This document shows positions 38,262-49,572 of a stretch of 64,000 nt of DNA, one piece after another (positions within the stretch are counted from its first letter, which is position 1; each line of letters begins with the position of its first letter). Below the pieces are notes generated by a model, which saw nothing but the letters and a program-made list of their open reading frames with translations, was not told the origin of the DNA and ran no database searches. The stretch covers positions 434,001 to 498,000 of the forward strand of contig OZ237759.1 of the NCBI GenBank assembly GCA_965178125.1, in the 5' to 3' direction. The position numbers and the translations under genes were made by a program. Origin of the DNA: Bilabrum cf. latius. Its lineage: Eukaryota.

Positions 38262-38505
38262 CATATAGATCTAGAAAACTCCGTATTGAAAAGGGCCGAG
38301 CGAGTCATGATGGTCCTAGATAGTGGTGGCGTGGGCTCCGTGACTAACAGGATAGTCTAGCACAACTCAATTTTGCCGAGAAGTGTGGACAGTCGTCACA
38401 CCATCACCATGATTCGATCCTAGATCTAGCTCAACAAGATTCACGACCAACAAACAAAACAATCTCACCGTACCCACCACTCTTGAACACACAACTAGAT
38501 ATCTA

Positions 38506-38844
38506 CCAGACACAGCATCGCCGTCAACGCCTCGCCCGCTTGGCTGAAGGCTCGTCTGGAGCAAGCAGGCCTGCCAGACACAGCATCGCCGTCAACGCCT
38601 CGCCCGCTTGGCTGAAGGCTCGTCTGGAGCAAGCAGGCCTGCCAGACACAGCATCGCCGTCAACGCCTCGCCCGCTTGGCTGAAGGCTCGTCTGGTGCAA
38701 GCAGGCCTGCCAGACACAGCATCGCCTTCAACGCCTCGCCCGCTTGGCTGAAGGCTCGTCTGGAGCAAGCAGGCCTGCCAGACACAGCATCGCCGTCAAC
38801 GCCTCGCCCGCTTGGCTGAAGGCTCGTCTGGAGCAAGCAGGCCT
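38506..38844. repeat. 68-bp tandem repeat, 5 copies, overlapping the stop codon of the minus-strand gene
   Basis: Unit ccagacacagcatcgccgtcaacgcctcgcccgcttggctgaaggctcgtctggagcaagcaggcctg starts at 38506, 38574, 38642, 38710 and 38778, with few substitutions and no spacers. Confidence 0.95.
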
Positions 38845-40130
38845 TCGGCTGCTCGCTTGCGGCCGCTTCCAGGGACCCCACCGTCTTCACCACCCAGGAG
38901 AGCCTTGCCCATGCCAAGCCCGGACCCCATCGGACCGTCCTCTGCCCCGTGCACGCCGGTCAGCAACGCACCTTCACGCACCTCGTGCATGCCCTCCTCG
39001 AACCCCTCCCGGTGCCTTCCCGCCTCGCCCCTCACCGACATGCCTGAGACTACCGACCCAGACTCGTCCCCGCTGCGACAGGACCCGGACCGATCGCTCT
39101 CTGCCTTGTCGGTGGGGGCCTCCCACCGCTAGAATTGCAGGCTGGGGGGCTTCTGCAGCAGGCTGGGGACACCTGATGACTGAATTGTTCCCTGGATCTG
39201 GTCGGATCCGGCTTCCGAGCATCCAGCCTGAGACTGCACCGGGGCGCCAAAGCCGCGAGACCCGCTATAGATGGCCTGGGCGCTGGCCCGCGGAGTGGCC
39301 ACCATGAGCCTCGAGATCGTGTCGTTGCCGCCGTGATGAAAGCCGTTCGATACCCGGCTTGCTCCTACCTACCGGCCCACACCCCGATCTACATCACCTG
39401 CCGCAGGTGCTGGCGCACCGCCCTCGCCTTGCCCTGAGGTCAGGCTTGCTGAAGGTTCGCTGCCGAACAGCTGGTCCCTGGACACCACCACGCTCTGCAT
39501 GTGCGCCTATGGTTGAAGAGCTTGCTTGAAAGCATAAGAGGGTGTTGGCGCGCTGGTCGAGGCAGCCCCTGCCGCGGTCCCTGCCGCGGTCGTGCGCGGG
39601 AGCAAGCTGCTGCTAGCCGGGGCGGCGGTGAAAGCAGCGGACGAAGTTGAAGACGAGGACACTGCAGCTGAAGAAGTTGCGCCCATCGCCGCGTTGGTCT
39701 CCGGCACGGGGAACGTCGTGACGAGCGTGGTCGCCACCCCCTGCTCCGAAGTCGTTGTCTTGGGCGCACCTACAGGAACAGGCGGCACCATTGACGGAAG
39801 AACGGCTGCCTGCTGCTGCGAAGGATGCTGCCCGAAAGGCCGACTCGATTGGCTTGGTACCAACTGGGCTTGACCCGCAACCGTTCCAGCGAGCGGGGCT
39901 GGCTGTACCGACGCGGCCGAGTGCGGCTGTTTGCCTGCCTGGGCCTGCGCCTGAGCCTGAGCCTGTTGCATGAAGTGCATTGCACTTGGGTGCATCATGT
40001 GGGGAGGCACTCCCGCCGGGGGAACAAACGGTACGGGTCCCCAGGGTCCCATAGCCATGGGAGGCCACATGCCACCATGCCAGTATGGCGCCTGGCCTGG
40101 AAGCGGGGCTCTTGACTGGCCAGGGGCTGG

Positions 40131-40191
<61 letters not shown>

Positions 40192-42452
40192 ACCCCCTGC
40201 TGCTACTGCTGCAGATGCTGCTGCTGCTGCAGGTGAACGGCGCCTTGATGCCCCTGCATGGGCCACGCCATGACGGGTGGCATCATGCCAGGGACACCCC
40301 ATGGTCCTGGGGCCATGGCCACCGGCATACCCATCGGCACGCCCATGCCCATGCCCATGCCCATTGGAGGCGGAACACTGGCAGTAGCCTGCTGTGGGTG
40401 CTGCATTACCTGCTGTGGCCATGCACTAGGGCCTGCGTTGGCCGGTTGCTGCCCTGCGCTGCCCGACGCCAGCACGTCCGTGCTCGGCACGGCGATCCCG
40501 TGCTTGCGGAGGACCGACAGGACCGCTCCCACGATTTTAGGCTCTGATTCCCTGATGACGGACGCGTAGAGGTGCTGCGAGAACGCCAGCAGCCCTGCGT
40601 TCTTGCGCACAGCGCGCTCCATCCGCCGGGGCAGTCCGCGGATGGACGCAGGAAACACGTCGGCGTCGAACTGGTCGCACCGAATGCTTCCAAAGGGCCA
40701 CTCGGGGTGGATCTTGCCTGCCAACGGCTTTGTTCCCTTGCCCATCTCGTCATCGTCCCCATCACTGCCCTCAACGTGTCCATCATCGTTCAGCATGTCG
40801 GTCGAGGTGCTGGCTGCTATCTTGTGCAGCAGGAGCAGGCGGCCGGCACCGGCGTCGATCGAGCCGGCAGCCAGCTGGCCTAGCCTGGCCCGGGCCCGCT
40901 GGGCAGCCGATGACGGGCTCTCTCCCCTCCGGAGGTGCACTCGCATGCGCCTGGGCCCGTTCTTTCGACGCGACCCCTCCTCCCCGTCCTCGTCCTCGTC
41001 ATCCTCGCGGTCCCTGACGGCGTGCCACGCTGTGCTCGCTTTCAGCGCCTCCGAGCCCGAGCCCAGCACGTTGACCCCGTTGAGCTGCACCTCGCCCTCC
41101 GTCCACGTCGCGGGCCGGCGGACGGCCCTCCCCCTCGACGTGCGCATCGAGATGGGACCAGTCGTGGTGTTGGTGGCGGCGGCGGGACCATGAGCGGATG
41201 GTGGCAGTGCGGTGGCAGTGCCTGTCGGGTTGATGCTCCCTCCCCGGGCGAAGTCCTCTGGCGGTTCCGCGTCATCGTCCATCGCTGGCTGTGCTGTGGG
41301 GCCGCGGTGAGGCGTGGGGACATGGGCGAGGGCCGTGAGGCTGCCCATCGCGGGCTGCTGACGCTGCTCGTGGCTGGAGCGGGGGCTGGAGCGGGGGCTG
41401 GACCCGGCGGGGGGACGCGGAATAGGGGCCAGTCCTGTCGGCGCTGAGGAGGCAGAGGCGCCAGCAGTGGCATGGATGTACAGGTTCTGGAGGGTGGTGG
41501 GCCCGGCCTGCTCTCGCGGCGTCGAATCTCCGCCGCTGCCCTGGACCACGGCCAGCGCACCGGTCGTTGCCTTCGATGCACCACCCGGTGATGGCGCCCC
41601 TGTCGGCTCCCCGCCTGCAGATGCAGGCAAACCTAGATGTATAGCATCAATCCTATGCACCATCGTTGTCTAATTGTCACTTGATCTTTTCGCTCGAGCG
41701 ATAGTTGCCGCTGTCGGAGATACTTGCAAATCGGTGTTCGCCCGTCCCACTCCCGATGCACGGCCAGAGACTTGGTCAATATTGCCACCTGCTGTTGCTT
41801 TGGTATTCCGTGACTACATTTCGTCTCGCTCAGAACCATGAAATGCCATACTTGTTGAAGGCTTTGCAATTATTCCGCCACCCCCTGTTTGCTTGCTCGC
41901 CGCGATCGCACCTTGGGATTCCCCTCCCTGAGCTGAATTCTTTGCCTACAATGATGGCATCTCAGACTATGTTGCTAAATGGGCAGCAGCCAATATATTG
42001 GCCGGTTGTGATTCCCCTGGAGCGGTATGTACATCGGTTCCAGCGCCGCGAATCACCTCCGGAACTGGGAAGTCGTTCTCACGCTCCAGGAGCTACCGCG
42101 CCCAGCGAGAAATCTAGTGTTGCGTTACCCCTGTAGTTCTCTCAATACTAGCTTCGATTTCATCTACCTTGGGACCGAGAGGGCCACGCCGCAGGGGTCG
42201 CAAAAAAGCAACAGCTTTCTTTCGGTCCCAGGGGCCATGGAGCACAGCATCACGAAACTCAGACACAAATCGTCGACCAGCCTTTCCACAGCCAGCAATA
42301 AATGAAAGCCACTACTGTGCAAGTGCACTCTTTATTGCAGGTGACACGTTGGTGGCTCTCCGGCGCTTTACGAACGGCCGAGGCTGTTTCGATTCATCGG
42401 AATCGTTACTCGGGGATACTGAGCTTCCAGAAGGATCAAAATTATTGTTCAT
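38796..42452 (-). CDS. Putative transcription regulator: divergent homeodomain-like N-terminus, Q/P/M-rich regions, C-terminal NLS-like motif
   Basis: One frame of about 1218 aa with 11 TAGs and a TGA stop. KRRRATNVSPAIKSALAQ*WLSF...PKVDEIEASIERTTGVTQH*ISRWAR*LLER resembles TALE-class homeodomain helices. Also QQQQHLQQ*QQ; ends PSAKRARR. Confidence 0.62.
40135..40191. repeat. (CTG)19 microsatellite, read as AGC poly-Ser in the coding frame
   Basis: Seen directly. Confidence 0.9.
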
Positions 42453-43315
42453 GGCAGTTGCCTTTGTAAATGACGAGAACAGACCCCGAAAGAAGGCCAA
42501 ATGTTTCTCGAAACGACGTGTCGAGTCGAGAAGGCGAGCAGAACGATCCGCAGTCCACCCTAGTATGACAGGTGGAGTGCCTCGCTGCGAGGAATCAATT
42601 AAATATTCGAGGTGCGAATTGGTCTCGTTGCTGATGACGCGACTAGTGTTGGGGAAGAGGCATGAGGGCAAACTCCGTTCGCAGCCTGCCCGCTCTCCCG
42701 CACGTGTGCCATCGGCATCACGGTATCGGTACGAGGCACACTGTGCCAGTACATACCATACCTGTTCGTGTACGATATGAACGACTCACAAAAGCTTGAC
42801 GTGACTGGGCTGGGCGCGTCCGGTAGGAGGACGATTCAAGTTCTGGTGAACATCCCGGCGACTTGAACAAAAACCGATTTGTACACGTCACAAATGATCT
42901 GCCCGGCAAACTTCGCCATCGGTGACGTATGCATCGTTAGGTGAGCAAGTTGGAGATTGACGCCGTAAGTTTATTCAAATACTAATAGTTGTACTATTCT
43001 TGTTCTGCAGCCTGCTAGGTCATGTACGAAAACTGATACTACGATGTTGCCATTGTGTATGCACTATTTTTGCAGATTGTGCGCAGTGCGCACCATCGTA
43101 GTCGTCCTGTACGAGCAAATCAGGCCGGGTTTTGCATCAATTGTGTGTAAAGCTTTGGGCAGGTCGAGGTCATGGACCTGCGGGTTTTGGCGGCTGAGCC
43201 TTATCAGAATGGTCATAGATATTGGCCTGAATGCAACTTGCTTTTCAAAATGAGTGAGCAAACAAAATACCGCTGCCACGTTGGGAGATCCAACAAGGAT
43301 CATGCCTAACCCGAT

Positions 43316-46300
43316 TCACTTGCCCTTCCTACTAGACTTGGACTTGGATTTCTTTCGCCGCTCCCTCTCCGCCTTTTTGCCCTTCTTCTTCTTGCGGCCC
43401 TTCTTCCCCTTCTTCTTCTTTTTCTTCTTCTTGCCGTAGAACTTCCTCCAGTCCCCTTCCTGCACAGCCTTGAGCTTCCTCTAAATCCTCTTCATGGCAT
43501 ACCTCTCGAGCGCCTGCTGCCTGCGCCACCGCCGATAATAGTACACCGCCCCGATCACCAGCAGAACGAAGAGCACGATCCCGAGGATGATGAACAGCCA
43601 GGGGATGGGCGGCACGTACCTCCACACGTGCACGTTCGTCCCCAGCAGCTGCAGGGGGTCCCTGTTCCCAGCGGGATCGATCGCCCTCACCTCCAGCCGG
43701 AACCACCCTCGCTCCATAAAGTCGCTCACGTCAAGCCTGGGCAAAACCCTAGACCAGTTCCTCACCTCCCGGCCGGTCCCCAGGCTGATCACGCCGCCGA
43801 AGTCCTCGGCGAAGAAGGCCCTCCACTCGAACACGCAAGCGTCCTCACTGGCGCTGAAGTCGAACACCGTATCTGGGCTGCCGGTCCGTGGGGATGCGGT
43901 GATTGCAGTGGCCGGCAGCTCATCATCCCTGACCCACAGGTCCTCGCCCAGCCTCGACTGGCCCTCGTACCCGGTCGCAACCATCACATCGCCCTTAAAG
44001 CTCGTCGCCACGCTGGAGAACCGGGGAGCCGGTGCCTGCCTGCACACCGGGTTTGTCCCATTCGCGTCGGCCTCGTACTCAGCCTCGATCCTTGCCTGCA
44101 TGAGCTTCGCCCGATCCCCACAGCCGTCCAAGCCCCCTTTAAGTTCTGCGGGGTCCACCTGCGGAGTGTCCCCGGTGAATAGAGCCGTTGAGCCCGCCTG
44201 GTCGGCCGCAGCTGCGGCAGCGAGCTCCTCGGCGGCCCGCTGCCTTGTCTCGGCATTCTCCACGGGCCGCTCGTGCTGCTCCCCGAAGATCCAGTAACCG
44301 CCGTACGCCGCGATCCGATCCGTGGCCTCGGACCCCTCCACCACGAAGAGCGAGAGCATGAATTCACCCTCGTATGGCCGCTCCCTGACCTGGCACCTGT
44401 CCATCAAGACCTCTGCCAGCTCCTTGTAGAGGCATACCTCCCTCTCACCTCCGTCTGCGTGGGGCCACCTGTCGAAGTGGTTGGGGTCCCTGAGCCTCCG
44501 GATGGAGTCCCCGCTTGCCAGCGCAAGGTCCCTCACCGTTACGATGCCCTCGGACGCCAGCGCGCGAGCCTCTCCCGCCGTGAGGTTGAGCTTCGAGATA
44601 GCCGTCTGGTTCTCGCTGAAGTAGTCCTCCTGAGGGGTGCCTTGCTCGAAGTCTCGCCTCCACAGCAGCCCAGTGGAGTCGCCCGTCTCCAGCGCGGTCA
44701 CGATGTCGGCAGAGTACACTGCATCGGTCGGCCGCAGCTGCTTGCCCGCCACCTCCTGCTGCTTCCCAAACCCCACGAGCCACGAGCCGCCACTTGCGTC
44801 GGTGAAGTCCTTCTGCATCGGGTCGTCGTCTGGCTAGTCCACAAGAACGGCGGCGGGAACCTGCCTGCCCGCCGCCTCTAGCTCTTCCGCCGCCGAGAGA
44901 ACAGCCGCGGCCGGGTCGGGCGGGGCGTTGGTGAGACCCCCGATGATGTAGACCACCCCCTGAGCCACCACCGTCTGGAAGGCAGAGGTCGGCTCGAACC
45001 CGCCCGACAGCTCCGCGTCGATGGTCCACGTCAGGCCCCCGTCCTGACTCCTCCACACGTCGTTCAGCAAGGGGCTGTCCTCGTACACCGAGGGCGCCTC
45101 GCCGCCCCTGCCACCCATCAGAATCAGAGTGGACTGCACCAGCGCCAGCCCGAATTCCGCCCTGGCAGCATAGGGGGCTGAACCCGCGCCCACGAGCTGC
45201 TCCCACAGCACACCCCCGTCGTCCGACCTCCACACGTCATCAAGCACCCGGGTGTACCCGTCCCCGCACGCGAAGGGGCCGCACATGTGGGTCTACACGT
45301 GGGTCATGCCTCCCACCACAAACACGGCCTCGCCTGACACGGCGGCCGAAAACCTCTCACGCGGTGACCAGAGGTCGCACACGCAGGCACCTCTCACGCA
45401 CGAGGCGCGGCCCAGGCGCTTGTCCTCGCAGTCCACGTTGGACCTGCACTGCTGCTCCTTGGTCCCAGGGAACAGCGTGAGGTCCTCCTGCGGCACGTAG
45501 CACCCTGGGTTGATGAGTTCCCATGTGTCCGTCTGCGGAGTCCACATCCACGTGTCGCTGGTGAGGATCGTGAGCTCCCTCCACCTGCCCCTCTCCCCGA
45601 CGATGCCCCCAACGGATTGCTCCGGTGGGACGTCCTCCAGCGCCCTCGCCCTGCCCCCCATCACTAGCACTCGGCTCGCGTCCAAGGTCACTGCCACGTG
45701 GTCCCGCCTGGGGCTGAACCGCCTTGTTCCCTGGTAGGGGTCGATGGGCTCGCAGGACACGTCCTAGCAGCGGAATCGCGCCGCGCTCAGGCAGCACAAC
45801 CATTCCCTGTACCCGATGCCGCTGGGAGGCGTGCGATCGCCCGCCAGCTGCCGCCACTGCAGGCGGGACACCACGCGGGGCATCCGGCGGCCAGTGTGGG
45901 TAGATTCAACCAGTGAGTTCACGGCTTCCGTCTCTGCGGGCAAATATGTGTGGAGGCGGCGGGGTGGGGCGGGATTCAGATGCAACGAGATGCGTGAGAG
46001 CGCCGGGGCAGGGCGCCGGATTGCATCCGGGCAGCTTGGCAGAAGCAGCAGCTCTGTGCCGGCTGGACTCACGAGGGCCAATGGTATACCAATAATCATT
46101 TCGGTAAGAGCCTTGTCCAGCCTCCACGGAATAGTCGTCGCCTCCAAAGAGGATCAGTCGAGTGACCTCGATGTCCGGCAGCTGCTCCCCAAGCTCCGGC
46201 TCTGGCCTCTCGACAACCGTAGTGGCGGCTCCAAACCTCGCCGTGAATCCACTGGGTTGGGTTGTCGTCATCTACTGCCGCTCATCGCCGCTGAGCTGAG

Positions 46301-46358
46301 CCCAGTTGGAAGCCAAAGTGCTACGATATAGCACAAAAGCAAGTGCAAGTTGGATCAT
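43316..46358 (-). CDS. Type I membrane protein: signal peptide, Kelch/BNR-like propeller repeats, Cys-rich insert, Ig/FN3-like domain, TM helix, Lys-rich tail (2 exons)
   Basis: MIQLALAFVLY.. signal-like start; repeats LILFGG, VLVMGG, VFVVGG, LILMGG, VYIIGG with DVWRSxDGG; RLEVRAIDPAGNRDP; TM WLFIILGIVLFVLLVIGAVYYY; poly-K tail after TAG 43481. Intron 46072-45934, 5 TAGs, stop TGA. Confidence 0.8.
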
Positions 46359-46574
46359 CGCCGTTCTTGTAGAAATCTGCTCAGAGTAAAGCATGGCGCC
46401 CGAATTCGTGAGAGCTTATGAATTACACTCGCTGCGAGATGATCATGGTGATAATGACGTCTTATTGAGTGGGCTTGCTGGTGCAACCGCCCCAACGCAT
46501 AGCTAGCGAGCAACACCTTACAAAGGCGTCGTGACGAGCAAACACCATTTCGCACGCCTCTGATCAGAGGTGGA

Positions 46575-47201
46575 ATGGTGATTCCAGTAATGTGTATGCT
46601 CTGTGCATTTTTAATATATACTGCTGTGGCGCAGGTGGATCCGAATGATCGTAAGGCCGTTGACCCAACATAATTTATGTCACTGACTAGCCAGCAGAAC
46701 TCGGCCATGTAGGCAGACCCATGCTTTTTATTCGCAGCGAGGTTCCAATGCGATTCATACATATCGTATGCTGGAAACTTGAGCTACTGCCAGGGATTCT
46801 TCACTCACGATATCTAGCCATCGATTGCGGCGAATGTGTCAGGGGCGGAGCAGCAAGCAATGCAGGACTACGCGGCCGATCTTGAGGCATTTGACAGAGG
46901 GGATATGTCGTCGAGCTGTCTTAGCTACTCTGCATACTATCATTGCGCCAGAAATATGCCACGATGCTATCTAAACGAGGCTTAGCCGGTATGCGAGTTC
47001 GTGTGCCGGGAGCGAGCAAGCCGCTGCGGCTCAGACCCTGATGACTGCGAGCCTGTTTGGAGCAGATGCTCGGGCACAGCATCTTAGTTTCGATTTAGCA
47101 GGATGGTGTGGCCTGCTACGCTCGCTGTGGCGGCCTTGCTCGGTTCGCTGTCGATTGGCTCGTCTGCAGCAGGCCCGGCAGACGATCGCCCGCTGTCGTG
47201 A
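46575..47201 (+). CDS. Small secreted or membrane-anchored protein with Frizzled-like cysteine-rich domain (2 exons; absent from ORF track)
   Basis: Signal-like MVIPVMCMLCAFLIYTAVA, intron 46651-46737 (GTAAG..TCGCAG), CLSYSAYYHCARNMPRCYLNEA*PVCEFVCRERASRC Cys spacing, hydrophobic C-terminal segment. 3 TAGs, stop TGA. Confidence 0.75.
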
Positions 47202-47400
47202 GCGAGGCGCCAATGCGCCGTTCCATATTGTATTGTTGTTCGTTTTAGGCACAATAGTAGCACATGCATGACATCGAGCCTGCAGCCGCTCACGGCCACC
47301 AGCCCAGCAGCAGACCTACACACACACCCGAAGCAATGGGCCAACCGGAACCCCATCACGAGACCCGGCCAAAGCACGCCCCCACATCCTTGTGGACAGC

Positions 47401-49107
47401 TCATTCCATCCGCAAGCTCCCGAACTGGTCCCTGTACATCTCCAGCATCGCCACCGCCTCCTCCACCTCGATTTCGAGCGTGGCCACCCTCCGCTTCAGC
47501 CGGCTGTTCTCCTCCCGTAGCGCGCCCACATCCCCTCCATCATCTCCACCGCTTCCCCTTCCCCTTCCCCTCCCCCGACCGCTTCCGCTGGCCCCAGCAC
47601 CCCTGTCCCCGTCTTGGCCCGAAGACAGGCCCGGAACCTCGGAATGGTCAAACTCCCTCGAACGCCCCCTCACCTACCGACCACCACTCCCCGATCCCGC
47701 GCCGCCGCTTTGTCCACCCCTTGCCTCCCGACCCCGGCGTGTCTCCGCTGCAGCGGGTGGATCTCCTCCGCCCCCCATCGCCCTCCGCTTGGCCTGCACC
47801 CTGGCCAGCTCCCGCGCCTCCCTCTCCTTCCGCATGTCCCATTCCGAATCCTCTCTCTTCTTCCTCGCCTCCCTCTCCTTCTTCTCTCTCATCTGCTCGG
47901 CCAGCTCCCGCGCGTACGCTGACCTCGCCCCCCCGCCATCATCACCGCCAGCACCCCTGCCCGAGCCCAGCCGCCTGGCAGGCGACGACACGGGGCTCAC
48001 GGGCCCGCCCCGTCTCCCGCTACTCGTCACACGACCGGGCGACCGTATCTCGGACGCCCCCGGCGTGGGCATGCCCAGCGCCCCCGCAACCCCCGCCCCG
48101 CTCTGCATCCTGGACCTATTCTAGCGAATGGATCGAGCGCCTCCCCCCCCGCCGCCGCCGTTGTTCCCTAGACCCCCCTCGTCCCCTTGCCCGGCCCCAC
48201 CAGCGCCCCTCTGCAGCTCGTCGGCCTCTCTGGCCGCCCTCTCCGCCTCCCGCAGGAACCGCTCGTCCTCCGCCCTCCTGCTCGCTTTCTCGCTCGCGTC
48301 CCGCTCCCGCTTCGCCCGGCGCTGCTCGTCCAGCTCCATGGCGTACCGCCGCGCATTCGCCTGCTTCGGGCTCAGGGCTGCGGAACCTCCGGATGGCGCG
48401 GCGCCGCCCCCACCGGGGGATCTGGACGGGAAATGGCGGGACCGTTCATCCCTGAGGACTGACGGGGACAGAGGTTCCGCTGCGCGGCGCCGCGCGTCCG
48501 CGCCGCCGTCGTCGTCGTCCAGGTCCATACCCCTCCGCCGGCTGCTTCCGCCGGGGGGAGGGCCCCTCGCCGGGCCGCGTTTGCCCACCCCGGCGGCCGC
48601 CCGCATTCTCGCCAGGTCAGACATGCGGACCGCGGCTGGCCCGGAACCCTCATCACTCGTCACACCACGGCTCCCCCGCCTGCGCTCGTCGTCCGCCCTG
48701 ATGGCCATCTCTGCCTCCGGGGAGGCGTCCTCCCTCAGTGCGCGGCGAAGTTCCGCTGCCCTCCTCTCCAAGGCCTCAAGCCTCCCCGGGCTGCCGGGGG
48801 GGGGGAGGCCCCTCTCCAGCTCAGCGATGGCGGCGTCTGCTTGTTCCTCGGGGCGGAGGCCGCGGGGCTGATGCTGGCGGTACCGAGCTGCGGAACCGTC
48901 GGCGCGGCGCCCGTGCCGTGGAGGCGAGCCCGGGGTAGGAGGGGCTGCGAGCACCTGCGGGCGAGATGAGCCGGGGCCCACGCCGGTGCCGCCGTCGCGT
49001 CGCGCCGGTGCCATCCTTGCGATTTCGTCGTCGCTCAGCCCAAGCTACTTCTGTCTTCTTCTTAGAAATTCAGCTTCCTTGCTTGCAAACTCGCCCCCGC
49101 CGTCCAT
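47401..49107 (-). CDS. Gly/Arg-rich coiled-coil protein with repeated YAxELxEQ motifs (CSPP1/CCDC66-like, tentative)
   Basis: Four ORF fragments in one frame joined by TAG at 49045, 48121 and 47674. Motifs YAMELDEQRRAKRER and YARELAEQMREKKER. Stop TGA. Confidence 0.68.
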
Positions 49108-49572
49108 TCGATCTCTGCGGCCAGCCGCAGCGCCGGAGCCGCGGGACCTTCCTCCCCTAGCAGATTCTCTCGATGGTTCATTTCGCCTGCGTTCATGAGT
49201 TTTGCACAGTGTATTTAAAAAATATCGCTGTAAATTGAAACAGGATGCGCTAGAGCTGATAGCATCCTGCGAACATTCGAATTTCAGAACGCTTCTCACT
49301 TTGCTTTTGCGGACCCTTTGCGCGATCCACGGCTAGCCCTAGGTGCACGCGAGAATTGCATATCGGTCGGCCTGCCCAACTAGTCAATGCACTCACGTGC
49401 AACGGAACACGAGGTAAGTACAATTCGCCTTCCGTTGGGATCCTTGATTGGGGTATGACGAGTGTTTGGTTACAACCATGCGACCAATCGCACGCGGAAC
49501 CGCGACCGACTTGGTGCACTAGAAAAACAAAAAAGTCGAGTGGAGAGCGACCTCAGCGATTTCCTTCCACAA

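Noticed and set aside
24700-38300. Integrated virus, virophage or transposon
   Set aside because: Composition differs and the genes are orphans, but no integrase, transposase, capsid, polymerase or terminal repeats were recognised, and the genes use the host TAG code.
26622-38844. CRISPR-like arrays (33-, 27- and 68-bp repeats)
   Set aside because: The units are head-to-tail with no unique spacers, two are in-frame coding repeats, there are no cas genes, and the context is eukaryotic.
39613-40422. Poly-Gln ORF from the (CAG)n tract
   Set aside because: The frame continuous with the 38796-42452 gene reads the tract as AGC (Ser).
42460-43310. tRNA-Gln(CUA) or other ncRNA in the larger intergenic gaps
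   Set aside because: No cloverleaf or A/B-box pattern was identified by eye; tRNAscan-SE or Infernal would be needed to exclude one.
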